From: Mobula hypostoma
Lineage: Eukaryota
Length of the DNA: 64,000 nt
NCBI RefSeq assembly: GCF_963921235.1
Contig: NC_086107.1
Coordinates: forward strand, 116,500,001 to 116,564,000
Direction of reading: 5' to 3'
The notes beneath the pieces are model-generated. The model was given only the letters and a program-made list of their open reading frames with translations, ran no database searches and was not told the origin of the DNA. Positions 1-11,573 of this stretch are shown here, piece after piece. The stretch's first letter is position 1. Each line of letters starts with the position of its first letter. The position numbers were made by a program, and so were the translations under genes.

Positions 1-59
1 AACGATCATCTTCCCAGTTCTTGCCGATCCAGATACATCGCTGTTTGGTCAGGTAACTC

Positions 60-241
60 AACACGAGAAATTCTGCAGATGCTGGAAATCCGAACCATCA
101 GACACAAGATGCTGGAGGAACTCAGCAGGTCAGGCAGCATCTATGGGAGCGAATAAGCAGTTACATTTGGAGCTGGCTCTTCAGGAATGTCATCTGTTTA
201 CTCTTTTTTGTAGATGCTGCCCGACCTGCTGAGCTCCTCCA
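60..241. mobile_element. Degenerate palindromic Penelope-type element (same family as 11441-11667)
   Basis: ggaggaactcagcaggtcaggcagcatcta ... tagatgctgcccgacctgctgagctcctcc inverted arms; the central ribozyme cores have decayed. Confidence 0.7.
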
Positions 242-424
242 AAGCCCACCCTCCCTGTACCTATTCAAAAACGTCTTCAGTGATACAGTTGTAACTGCCT
301 CAACCACTTCCTCTGGCAGCTTGTTGCATAGATTTCCGCTTAAATCCCTTTGAAATCTCTCCTCCCCCACCTTAAACACATCTTGGACCCTCCTACCCTG
401 GGGAAAAGACTGTTAAACACATGC

Positions 425-1622
425 TCAGACTGACAGTTTGACATGTGTCTATTTTAATGCAAGGAGTATTATGAACAAAGCGGATGAGCTTAGAGCCTGG
501 ATCTGTACTTGAAGCTATGATGTTGTGACCATTACAGAAACTCAGGGGTACTTAGAGTGCCAGGCATTAGATGTTTCAGAAAGGACAGGGAGGGAGGCTT
601 GGCACTGCTGATCAGAGATAGTGTCATGGCTGTAAAAAAGCAGTAAGTCATGGAGGGACTTGGTTGGGTGGTCGGCGACTTGGGCCGGCTCCCCCACTGG
701 ACTTAGTCTGGTGAGGAGGGTGTGAGGACACCCAGCAGGACTGAAAAAAACAAGACCTGACAAAGGACGGATGAGCTCCTTGTGAGCCAGCGGCCATCTT
801 CCGTGGAGGAGATTAAAGCCTCACCACGTATCTAGGAATCGTATGCGATTCACTTAGAAGAGACATGATGAACTTGGGCGCTGCACCGTGTGCCTGGACC
901 TGCCCAAGGCCTCTGTCTAAGGAAGGGCCGAGCTCGAAGAAGTGGCCATGGCTGGAGGCTGACACAGCCTCGGGCTCAAGTTCGGCGGGGGCAGCAGCGG
1001 GCGGTGCCAAGGCGGCCAGCGAGAACAAACTGGAGGAGAGGCTGTACTCGGTGCTGTCGCAAGATCGAAGAAGATGGAGGTGCATAGCCACCAATCCCGG
1101 ATTCGGGACGGCACCCACTGACTGACTGACTGACTGACTTGGAGGGGTTGTCCACGGAGTCTCTGTGGGTGGAAGTTAGGAATAGGAAGGAGTCAATAAC
1201 TCTACCGGATGCTTTTTATAGACCACCCAATAGTAACAGGGACATTGAGGAGCAGATAGGGAGACAGATTCTGGAAAGGTGTTGTCGTGGTGGCAGATTT
1301 TAATTTCCCACATATTGATTGGCATCTCCCTAGAGCGAGGGGTTTAGATGGGGTGGAGTTTGTCAGGTGTGTTCAGGAAGGTTTCCTGACACAATATGTA
1401 GATAAGCCTACTTGAGGAGAGGCTGTACTTGATCTGGTATTGGGAAATGAACCTGGTCAGGTGTCAGGTCTCTCAGTGGGAGAGCATTTTGGAGAGAGTG
1501 ATCTCAACCCAACTCCTTTACCATAGCATTGGAGAGGGATAGGAACAGATAAGTTAGGAAAACGTTTAATTGGAGTAAGGGGAAATATGAGGCTATCAGG
1601 CAGGAACTTGGAAGCATAAATT
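425..1622 (+). mobile_element. CR1-type LINE ORF2 endonuclease region, degraded and split by an insertion at 658-1139
   Basis: Translates as CVYFNARSIMNKADELRAWI...YDVVTITET and later FYRPP, DFNFP and AVLDLVLGN, which are APE-domain motifs; stops and frameshifts present. Confidence 0.8.
658..1139 (+). mobile_element. Short RTE-related non-autonomous retroelement with (ACTG)n tail
   Basis: (ctga)n microsatellite tail at 1117-1139; 3' end encodes QDRRRWRCIA, resembling an RTE ORF C-terminus; tggaggg duplicated at 651-657 and 1140-1146. Confidence 0.6.
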
Positions 1623-1851
1623 CCTCCTGTCCCCAGCTTCCTCTTACAGTCTAAGACTTACCGGTTATTTATTGCTCATTATAAATTGTCCCGTGATTAG
1701 GGTGGGGTTAAATCAGTGGGTTGCTGGGTGGCATGTCTCAGGGGGCCTATCCCGCGCTGTATCCCCAAACAAAATGAACTAAAATGAAACATCGTCAGAG
1801 ATGCCGGGGATGTGGAGCAGAGTCTGAGGAGTCAGGGGAACAGTGAAAGAC

Positions 1852-2283
1852 GTCCAGTCAGAGTACGATGTTGATTTTGTCCAGAGTGCAATGTCGATTT
1901 CGTCCGGTCAGAGTGTGATGTCGATTTCGTCCGGTCAGAGTGTGATGTCGATTTCGTCCGGTCAGAGTACGATGTCGATTTTGTCCGGTCAGAGTGTGAT
2001 GTCGATTTCGTCCGGTCAGAGTACGATGTCGATTTTGTCCGGTCAGAGTACGATGTCGATTTTGTCCGGTCAGAGTACGATGTCGATTTTGTCCGGTCAG
2101 AGTGTGATGTCGATTTCGTCCGGTCAGAGTACGATGTCGATTTTGTCTGGTCAGAGTACGATGTCGATTTTGTCCGGTCAGAGTGCGATGTCGATTTCGT
2201 CCGGTCAGAGTGCGATGTGGATTTTGTCCGGTCAGAGTGCGATGTTGATTTTGTCCGGTCAGAGTGCGATGGTGATTTTGTGT
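1852..2283. repeat. 27-bp minisatellite, ~16 copies (gtcagagtacgatgtcgattttgtccg)
   Basis: Direct tandem periodicity; 9-aa repeats in the ORF track (SYSDRTKST). Confidence 0.95.
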
Positions 2284-2899
2284 ATGATATGGTAAGAGGT
2301 GCAGACAGGGTGAACACACACAATCAGGGCACTCAGTGTACAGGCTGGGATGGCTGCTGCACAAGATTATACTCCCACTTGTACAAGACATCAGTGAGGC
2401 TGCATTGGGAATATTTTTTGTGTTTATTGGCACTGATATACACCATGAAATGTGTTGTTCTGTGGTGGAAGTATGGGACAGGATATTCTTTATTTTTATT
2501 TGGAGATATGGCTTGGTAACTCGCTGCTCTGGCCCAACAAAACCAGAATTAGACTCAGGTTTAATGTCACCAGCAAGTGTTGTTCTGTGCAGCAGTACAA
2601 CGCACTGATAAAAAATTACAAATGACAATAAAGTGTATGTGCAGACATAATTATATACATATACAATTAAATTAAATACATAGTGCAAGCATAGAGCAAA
2701 AGATACTGAGATAATGTTCATGGATTCAATGTCCACTCAGAAATCTGACGGTGGAGGGGATGAAACTGTTCCTGAATCGTTGAGTGTGGGTCTTCAGGCT
2801 CCTGTACCTCCTCCTGATGGTAGCAATGAGAAGAGAGTATGTCCTGGTGATGGGGTACTTAATGATGGACACCACGTATGTGAGGCATCGCCAAATTAC

Positions 2900-3060
2900 A
2901 CCAACGTGATCAGTGAGCCTGCTAACCCGTACGTCTTTGGAACATGGGGAAACTGGAGCACCAGAGGAAACCCTCGCAGTCACACGGACAATGTGCAAAC
3001 TCCATGTGGGAATGAACCTGAATCACTGCCACTGTAAAGTATTACACTACCATGCTAACC
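2900..3060 (-). mobile_element. V-SINE (tRNA-derived) remnant
   Basis: Reverse strand reads ggagtttgcacattgtccgtgtgactgcgagggtttcctctggtgctccagtttccc, a V-domain-like core. Confidence 0.6.
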
Positions 3061-3104
3061 CTTAAAAATTAAACACAGAAATTACTATCAGTTAAAATAG
3101 AATA

Positions 3105-3975
3105 TACAGAGTCATGCAAAAGTTTGGGCACCCCAGTTAAAATTTCTGTTACTGTGAATAGCTAAGCGAGTAAAAGATGACCTGATTTACAAAAGGCATA
3201 AAGTTAAAGATGACACATTTCTTTAATATTTTAAGCAAGATTACTTTTTTTATTTCCATCTTTTACAGTTTCAAAACAACAAAAAAGGATAAGGGCCTGA
3301 AGCGAAAGTTTGGGTACCCTGCATGGGCAGTACTTAGTAACACCCCCTTTGGCAAGTATCACAGCTTGTAAACACTCTCTGCAGCCAGCTAAGAGTCTTT
3401 CAATTCTTGTTTGGGCGATTTTTGCCCATTCTTCCTTGCAAAAGGCTTCTAGTTCTGTGAGATTCTTGGGCTGTCTTGCGTGCACTGCTCTTTTGAGGTC
3501 TATCCACCGATGCTCGATGATGTTTCGGTCGGGGGACTGTGAGGGCCACAGCAAAACCTTTAGCTTGTGCCTCTTGAGGTAGTCCATTGTGGATTTTGAG
3601 GTGTGTTTAGGATCATTATCCTGTTGTAGAAGCCATCCTCTTTTCATCTTTGGCTTTTTTACAGACGGTGTGATGTTTGCTTCCAGAATTTGCTGGTATT
3701 TAATTGAATTCATTCTTCCCTCTACCAGTGAAACGTTCCCGGTGCCACTGGCTGCAACACAAGCCCAAAGCATGATTGATCCACCCCCGTGATTAACAGT
3801 TGGAGAGGGGTTCTTTTCATGAAATTCTGCACCCTTTTTTCTCCAAACATATCTTTGCTCATTACGGCCAAAAAGTTCTATTCAAAAGGTTCAAAGGAAC
3901 ATCTAAACAAGCCTGATGCACTTTAGAAACAAGTCCTGTGGACTGATTAAGCTAAAATAGAACTTTTTGGCCGTA
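3105..3975 (-). mobile_element. Truncated Tc1 (DD34E) DNA transposon: right TIR plus C-terminal transposase
   Basis: TA|CAGAGTCATGCAAAAGTTTGGGCACCC terminus at 3105; ORF 3231..3773 contains QQDNDPKH...SPDRNIIE with 34 residues between D and E, and GGVTKY; the 5' half is missing. Confidence 0.92.
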
Positions 3976-4419
3976 CATTAGCTGACTGACAGGAAATGAA
4001 GTGGTGGGGTGTGTGGAGGGGTAGGTTAGTGGACGGAGATTTTATTCAGACTTGCAGCTTGGGGAAAGTAACTGTTTTTGGGTCTGGGGGTCCTGCTGTG
4101 GGTGCTAAGTAGCCTCCTCCCTGACAGGAGTGGGACATGCAGTCCATATGTAGGGTGAGTAGTTCTTTCATGATGTTACTGGCCCTTTTCCAGCACCTTT
4201 CTGTAGATATGTACGTGATAGCAGGTAGGCTGATGCTGGTGATGCGTTGAGTACGTCTAGCTTCCTGTGCTAGAGTCTTCCCGTCCACTGCAGTAAAGTT
4301 TCCGAGCCAAGCAGAGATGCAGCGTGTTTGGGTTCTCGCCAGGGGACATGAGCAGCGAGAAGGCAGGACAGCAACGATGGGTGGTTATGGGGATGTTCGG
4401 AAAGTGCAGGAAAGGTACA

Positions 4420-4950
4420 TCCCAAAAGTATTCTAAAGATGCTGAGGATGTTCTACGAGTTTGTGGTGGCCAGTGCTATCATGTTTGCTGTTGTGTGCTG
4501 GGGCAGCAGGCTGAGGGTGACAGACACCAACAGAATCAACAAACTCATTCGTAAGGCCAGTGATGTTGTGGGGATGGAACTGGACTCTCTGACGGTGGTG
4601 TCTGAAAAGAGGATGCTGTCTAAGTTGCATGCCATCTTGGACAATGTCTCCCATCCACTACATAATGTACTGGGTGGGCACAGGAGTACATTCAGCCAGA
4701 GACTCATTCCACCGAGATGCAACACAGAGCGTCATAGGAAGTCATTCCTGCCTGTGGCCATCAAACTTTACAACTCCTCCCTTGGAGGGTCAGACACCCT
4801 GAGCCAATAGGCTGGTCCTGGACTTATTTCCTGGCATAATTTACATATTACTATTTAACTATTTATGGGTTTATTATTATTTATTTATGGTGCAACTGTA
4901 ACGAAAACCAATTTCCCCCGAGATCAATAAAGTATGACTATGACTGTGAC
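4420..4950 (+). mobile_element. Rex1/Babar-like LINE 3' end
   Basis: ORF 4439..4810 (…SHPLH…RCNTERHRKSFLPVAIKLYN); aataaa followed by a (tatgac)n tail. Confidence 0.8.
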
Positions 4951-5034
4951 TAAAGGGAGGGTGAGGCAACAGTGGCTGACAAGGGAAGACAAGGGCAGCA
5001 TAAAAGCAAAAGTGAGGGTATATGAAAGAGCAAA

Positions 5035-5675
5035 AATTAGATAGAAAGATATTTTATTGATCCCAAAGAAAATGAGTGTCACAATAACATTACAAATATA
5101 CAAATTTTAATATACAAACATCACAGAAATACAAATATTAGATGAGAACTAAGAAAGAATAAATGATAAATTACCACGAACAGTCTGACAGGAGGGGGTC
5201 ATCACCTCCCCGGCAGTACGTTTATTCATTACAGAGCCTAATGGCTGAAGGTAAAAATGACCTCACATCGCACACTTTGGAGCAGCGCAGTTGTCTTAGT
5301 CTATTACTAACAGTTCTCCTCTGTTCAGCCAAGGTGACATGCAGAGGGTGAGAAACATTGTCCAGAGTTGCCAGGATTTTCCGTAGGGTCCTTTGTTCTA
5401 CCACAGCCTCCAGTGTGTCCCATTTGACTCCTAAAACAGAGCCAGCCTTCCTAATCAGTTTATTGAGCCTGTTGGCATCTCCCGTGTTGATCCCATTGCC
5501 CCAGCACACCTCTGCATAGAAGATTGTCCAGGGGACAATGCACTGGTAGGACATATGAAGGAGAGGCCTGCATACTCTAAACGACCACAGTCTCCTCAGG
5601 AAGTAGAGGTGACTCTGGCCCTTCTTGTACACAGCCTCTGTGTTGGTGCTCCACTCCAGTCTCATCCAGGTGCAC
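5035..5675 (-). mobile_element. Rex1-like LINE 3' fragment (same family as 10925-11915)
   Basis: ORF 5222..5665 (LYFLRRL…SHPLH…RSFLPSAIRL), closely similar to the + copy near 11 kb. Confidence 0.85.
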
Positions 5676-5814
5676 CTTAGTTAGAGGATTGAGAAGCTTT
5701 TAAAAAACCAATAGAAGGCAACTAATATCAGACTGTTAGAAAATGACACTGGAGAGGTACAAAAGTCTTAGACATGTATATATAGCTAGGCTGCCTGAGA
5801 CTTTTGCACAGGAC

Positions 5815-7065
5815 TGTAATGGGGGACATGAAATAGTGGATGAACTGAATAAATATTTTGTTTGTCAGTCTTCACTGCTGAAGTCACTAGCAAAATGCCA
5901 GGAATTCAAGTGTCAGGGGACAGAAGTGGGTGCAGCTGGCATTACTAAGGAGCAAGTACTGGGGAAGCTGAAAGGTTTGAAAGCAGATATATCACCTGGA
6001 CCAGGTTGTCTACACCCCAGGGTTCTGAAGAAGGTGGCTGAAGAGATCATTGAGGCACTTTTCATGAAGCTCTGGATTCTGGAACGACTCCTGAGGACTA
6101 GAAAATTGCAAATGTCACTCCGCTCCTCGAGAAGGGAGGGAGGCTGAAGAAAGGAAATTATAGGCCAGTTAGCCTGACCTCAGTGGTTGGGAAAATATGA
6201 GTCAATTGTTAAGGATGAGGTTTTGGGGTACTTGGAGGCACTTGGTAAAATAGGCCAAAATCAGCATGGTTTCCTTAAGGGAAAATCTTGCCTGACAAAT
6301 CTGTTGGAACTCTTTGAGGAAATAACAAGCAGGATAGAAAAAGAAGAGTCAGTGGGTGCTGTTTATTTGGATTTTTAGAAGACTTTTGACTAGGTGCCAC
6401 ACATGAGGCTGCTAAACAAGATAAGAGTCCATGATATTACAGGAAAGACTCTAGCCGGATAAAGCGGTGGCTGATTGGCAGGGGCCAAAGAGTGGGAATA
6501 AAGGGAGCCTTTTCTGGCTGGCTGCAGTGACTAGTGGTGTTCCCCAGGGGTCTGTGTGAGGACTGATTCTTCTCACACTTTATGTCGATGATTTGGATGA
6601 TGGAATTGATGGCTTTGTTGCAAAGTGTGCAGATGATATGAAGATAGGTGGAGGGGCAGTTTTGAGGAAGTAGAGAGGCTACAGAAGGACTTAGACAGAT
6701 TGGGAGAATGGGCATAGAAGTGGCAGATGGAATACTGTGTAGGGAAGTGTGTGGTCGTGTACGTTGGTAAAAGCAATAAAAATGGGCAGAAAATGGAGAA
6801 ATCTGAGGCACAAGGGGATTTGGTGTCCTTGTGCAGGATTCCCTGAAGGTTAACTTGCAGGTTGAGTCAGTGGTGAGGAAGGCAAACGCAGTGATGGCGT
6901 TCATTTCAGGAGCACTGGAATGTACGAGTAAGGATACAGTGCTGGGGCTGCATCCACTGCTTTTTGTAGGACTTTCCGTTCAAGGGCATTGGTCAAACTG
7001 CACCCGGAGTATTAAGCAATTTTGGGCTTCTTAAAAAGAAAATATGTGCTGGCATTGGAGAGGAT
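5815..7065 (+). mobile_element. CR1 LINE reverse-transcriptase region, degraded
   Basis: YRPVSLTSVVGK, QHGFLKGKSCLTNLLE, SG-PQG and AKCADD motifs with stops and frameshifts. Confidence 0.88.
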
Positions 7066-7069
7066 TAAA

Positions 7070-8377
7070 GTTCAGAGTTAATTTATTATCAAAGTCAGCA
7101 TGTAGAACCCTGAGATTCATTTACTTGTGGGCGTACTCGATAAATCCAATAACTGTGCTAGAATCAATTGCACCAACTTGGCCATTCAACCACTGTGCAA
7201 AAGACCACCAACCACAAATATAAAAAGAAAGAAATAATAATTATAGTAAACAATAAATATTGAGAACATGAGATGAAGAGTCCATAGGTCCAGGGAACAG
7301 GGCAGTGATGGGACGAGTGAAGTTATCCCCTCTGGTTCAAGAGCCTGATGGTTGAGGGGTAGTAACTGTTCCTGAACCTGGTGGTGTGGGTCCTGAGGCT
7401 CCTGGACCTCCTTCCTGATGGCAGCAGTGAGAATTGAGCACGGCCTGGATGGTGGGGGTCCCTGATGATGGATGCTGCTTTCCTGTGACAACGCTACATG
7501 TAGCTCCACTCTATGGGGCGGAAGGCTTTCCCCATGATGGACTGGGCCGTATCCACTACTCTTTGTAGCATGTTCTGTTCAAGGGGATTGGTGATTCCAT
7601 ACCACTCAACAACTCTCCACCACACACTTATAGAAGTTTGTCAGAGTTTTAGATGTCATACTGAATCCTTGCAAGTATTCCCAAGGAAACAGAGGTGCTA
7701 CTGTACTCTCTTTGTACTTGCTGTTATGTCCTGGGCCCAGGGCAGATCCTCTGAAATGATAGCACTGAGGAACTTAATGTTGCTGACCCTCCCCACCTCT
7801 GGTTTTCTCCTCCTGAATTCAGTAATCAGCCCTCGGTCTTGCTACATTGAGTGAGAGGTTGTTGTTGTGGTGCTGAGCCGTTTTCGACCTTCCTATATGC
7901 TGAGTCATCAGCACCTTCGAATCAGCTACGACACTTGAATATGGCATGGGAGCTGTGCTTAGCCTCACAATCGTAAGTGTAAAGCGTGTAAGTACACAGT
8001 GCACGTGAGCTGATGGAGATCGTGCGGGAGATGTTGTTGCCAATCTGAACTGGCTGGGGTCTGCAAGTGAGGAAACGGAGAGTTCAGTTGCACAGGGAGA
8101 TATTGACTAGTTTTGAGGAGATGATGGTGTTCAGGAGCATCCTGATGTAGACATCTTTGTTGTCTAGATGTCCCAGGGTTGAGTGAAGACGCATTGAAAT
8201 GGCATCTGCTGTGGACTTGTTGCTTCGGTAGGCAAACAGGAGTTGATATGTTTCATCACCGACCTCTCAAAGCACTCCATCACAGGGAATCTAAGTGCTA
8301 CTGGACAACAGACATTGACGCAGGTCACCACATTCTTCTTGGGCACTGATGTAACTGAAGCCTGCTTGAAGCAGGTA
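7070..8377 (-). mobile_element. Old Rex1/L2-like LINE remnants (probably continuing at ~9213-9410)
   Basis: Reverse strand gives FKQASVTSVPKK…PVAL…MECFER and NNNLSLNV; the 3' end resembles 19540-19990. Confidence 0.6.
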
Positions 8378-9212
8378 ACAACAGACAACAGGTGCAGGAG
8401 TAGGCCATTCAGCCCTTCGAGCCAGCACCGCCATTCACTGTGATCATGGCTGATCATCCACAATCAGTATCCAGTTCCTGCCTTCTCCCCATATCCTTCA
8501 CTCTGCTATCATTAAGAGCTCTATCTAACTCTTTCTTGAAAGAATCAAGAGAATTGGCCTCCACTGCCTTCTGAGGCAGAGCATTCCACAGATCCACAAC
8601 TCTCTGTGTGAAAAAGTTTTTCCTCAACTCTGTTCTAAATGGCCTACCCCTTATTCTCAAACTGTGGCCTCTGGTTCTGGACTCACCCATCAGTGGGAAC
8701 ATGCTTCCTGCCTCCAATGTGTCCAATCCCTTAATAATCTTAGATGTTTCAATCAGATCCCCTCTCAGCCTTCTAAATTCCAGAGTATACAAGCTCAGTC
8801 GCTCCAATCTTTCAACGTATGACAGTCCCGCCATCCCAGGAATTAACCTCATGAACCTACGCTGCACTCCCTCAATAGCAAGAATGTCCTTCCTCAAATT
8901 TGGAGACCAAAACTGTACACAATACTCCAGGCGTGGTCTCACCAGGGCCCTGTACAACTGCAGAAGGACCTCTTTGCTCCTATACTCAACTCCCCTTGTT
9001 ATGAAGGCCAGCATGTCATTAGCTTTCTTCACTGCCTGCTGTACCTGCATGCTTGCTTTCAGTGACTGATGTACAAGGACACCTAGATCTCGTTGTACTT
9101 CCCCTTTTCCTAACTTGACACCATTCAGATAGTAATCTGCCTTCCTGTTCTTGCCACCAAAGGGGATAACCTCACATTTATCCACATTAAACTGCATCTG
9201 CCCACTCACCCA
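8378..9212 (-). mobile_element. Young 5'-truncated CR1 LINE (ORF2 C-terminus plus 3' UTR)
   Basis: ORF 8454..9248 is near-intact (QMQFNVDKCEV…LEYCVQFWSP…RRLRGDLIE…TRGHSL…FFTQRVV) and followed by a CR1 3' UTR. Confidence 0.92.
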
Positions 9213-10009
9213 ACCAGGTGGGTACCTGAGACTGCTGACGCCAGACATCCAGTTGAACAGTACAGGTGTTTAGTACTTGTCCAGGTACCCTGACTGGGCC
9301 GGATTCAGCCCTCCTGAAGGCTGCTGGCATATTAGCCTCAGACACAGCTCATTCAGAGCTGTGGGAGTTCCTGATGCTTCCTCATGTGAAGGCACTGAGC
9401 TCATCTGGAAGTAAGGGCCTGTTGTCGCTTGATTTTACTTTATAAGAAGAGAGAGCATTCAAGCCCTGCTACAACTGAGCATCCTTTGTAGATTGGAGTT
9501 TAGTCCAGAATTGCCGCTTGGCTTGCGAGATGGCTTTCCAGAGACTGTAAGATATACATACGTACCTGTGGGGCTGTATTTTTTACTTATATTCTATATG
9601 TGCTTGAATATGCTAGCACCGGGCCTCAAAGCCGCAGATTTGCTGTTGGGGAAAGGACTAGGCCTTAAGCCGTGGTGTCACCTAGCAGGTGTGAGGGCTG
9701 GTTGTCAGATGACATTGGTGAACTGGACCATATACATCTTGTCTCATTGTATTTTACTGATATTTTGACTGGGTTTGCTGACTTGTATGTGCGAGGCCTC
9801 AGCCTGCAGGGTCGTGGGGGCATCGGGACTCTCATGTGATCTTGCGTGTGACCATTGGTAATGTGTCTTTGCACGCTGACTCTGGAGTCATGCCATCTTG
9901 TTAAGCTGTATTCATGTCTGGTTGAATAACATTGAACTGAGTTGAATCCGACTGAACCAAATTGTACCAAGTCTTTCTTGATCACCACACTTGTCTACAA
10001 CTGCTTTTA

Positions 10010-10425
10010 TAAAGTCCAGAGGAAGTTCATGAGAATGATCCCAGAAATGAGAGGGTTAACATATGAGGAGCGTGCGATGGCTCTGGGCCTGTACTCACTG
10101 CAGTTTGGAAGAATGAGGAGGGATCTCATTGAAACCTATTGGATATTGGAAGATCTGGATAGAGTGGATGTGGAGAAGATGTTTCCTATATTGGAGGACC
10201 AGAAGACATAGCCTCAGAAATAAGGGACGTCCATTCAGAACAGAGATGAGGAGAAATCTCTTTAGCCAGAGGGCGGACCTGTGGAATTTATTACTACAGA
10301 CAGCTGTGGAGGCCAAGTCATTGACCCATCGAGCCATTTCATCATGGCTGATCTGTTTGCCTCTCAGCCCCAGTCTCCTGTGTCCCTTCATGCCCTGGCC
10401 AATCAAGGATCTATCAACCTCCACA
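10010..10425 (+). mobile_element. CR1 3' fragments (the last ~100 bp are in the opposite orientation)
   Basis: VQRKFMRMIP…RRDLIETY…RPFRTEMRRNLFSQR. Confidence 0.7.
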
Positions 10426-10574
10426 GCCTCTGTGGCCCAATTCTGTTCCTGTGTTTACTGAGCCACTGTACGATGACGTGTATGGGTGGCCAAGGTACAG
10501 CATTACGGGTGCGGAAAGGGTGAATCTGCATAGTCTTTTCCCCTGGGTTGGGCTGTTTATTTAGAGACAGTCCT

Positions 10575-10790
10575 TTCCAGCACTTTGAGCTGTGTCACCA
10601 GCAACCCTGATTCAACCCTCACCTAATCATAGGACAATTACAACCACTAATTAACCGACTAACCAGGACGTCTTTGGACTGTGCGAGGGAACTGAAGCGC
10701 CTGGGGTAAAGTCACATGGCCACGGGGAGAACGTGGAAACACCCTACAGGCAGTGGTGAGGATTGAACCTGAGTCATTGGCGCTAGAGGA
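10575..10790 (-). mobile_element. V-SINE remnant
   Basis: Similar to 2900-3060 (acgtctttgga…cacggggagaacgt…attgaacctgagtc) and complementary to the tail fragment at 1660-1775. Confidence 0.55.
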
Positions 10791-11494
10791 TGCCAGAACT
10801 GTCGACCAGAGGGCACAGGTTTAAGGGGAGACGGGAGAGGTTTAATAAAACAGGGGCTTGAAGGACAACTATTTCAGCCAGAGGGTGGTCTGTATGTGGA
10901 AAAAACTGCCAGAGGAGGTGGATGGTGCAAGCTGAATCATCTGCAGCTCAGCATCAGTCAGACAGAGGAGATGGTGATGGAGTTCAGGAAGACTAAGCCT
11001 GCTCTGCTCTGTTACTATTGATGGCGAGGACATGGATGTACTGAAGACCTACGAGTACCTGGAGGAGCACCTGGATGACAGACTGGAGTGCAGCACCAAC
11101 ACAGAGGCTGTGTACAAGAAGGGCCAGAGTTGCCTCTACTTCCTGAGGAGACTGAGGACCTTTGGAGTATGCAGACCTCTCCTTCACATGTTCTACCAGT
11201 CTGTTGTTGCCAGAACCATCTTCTATGTGGTGGTGTGCTGGGGCAATGGCACCAACACCGGTGATGCCAATAGGCTCAATAAACTGGTTAGAAAGACTGG
11301 CTCTGTTATAGGAGTCAAACTGGACACACTGGAGGCTGTGGTAGAACAAAGGACCCTACGGAAAATCCTGGCAATTCTGTACAACGTTTCTCACCCTCTC
11401 CATGCCACCTTGGCTGAACAGAGGAACACTTTTAGTAACACTCACAACACGCTGGAGGAACTCAGCAGGTCAGGCAGCATCCGTGGAAAAGATC

Positions 11495-11530
11495 GGTCGA
11501 CGTTTCGGGCCGGAACTCTTCGTCAGGACT
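11495..11530 (-). ncRNA. Minimal type I hammerhead ribozyme motif (opposite strand)
   Basis: Reverse strand reads aGUC-CUGACGA-a-gaguuccggccc-GAAAC-GUC-GACc; stem I GUC/GAC; one mismatch in stem II. Confidence 0.6.
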
Positions 11531-11538
11531 TCGTCAGT

Positions 11539-11573
11539 ATCCTGATGAAGGGTTCTGGCCCGAAACGTCGACC
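11539..11573 (+). ncRNA. Minimal type I hammerhead ribozyme motif
   Basis: CUGAUGA (11542-11548), stem II gggtt/ggccc, GAAAC-GUC with predicted cleavage after C11569; stem I is only ~2 bp (tc/ga). Confidence 0.6.

Noticed and set aside
1..58. Possible exon end (…TIIFPVLADPDTSLFGQ|gtaact) of an upstream gene
   Set aside because: Only 52 nt are visible, the peptide is unrecognised, and I found no downstream partner exon; it needs the preceding window.
1852..2283. CRISPR-like array
   Set aside because: The units are head-to-tail with no unique spacers, and the context is eukaryotic.
9410..10010. Apparently unique segment as a possible exon or ncRNA
   Set aside because: No recognisable protein motif or convincing splice pair; it looks like mixed old repeat fragments.
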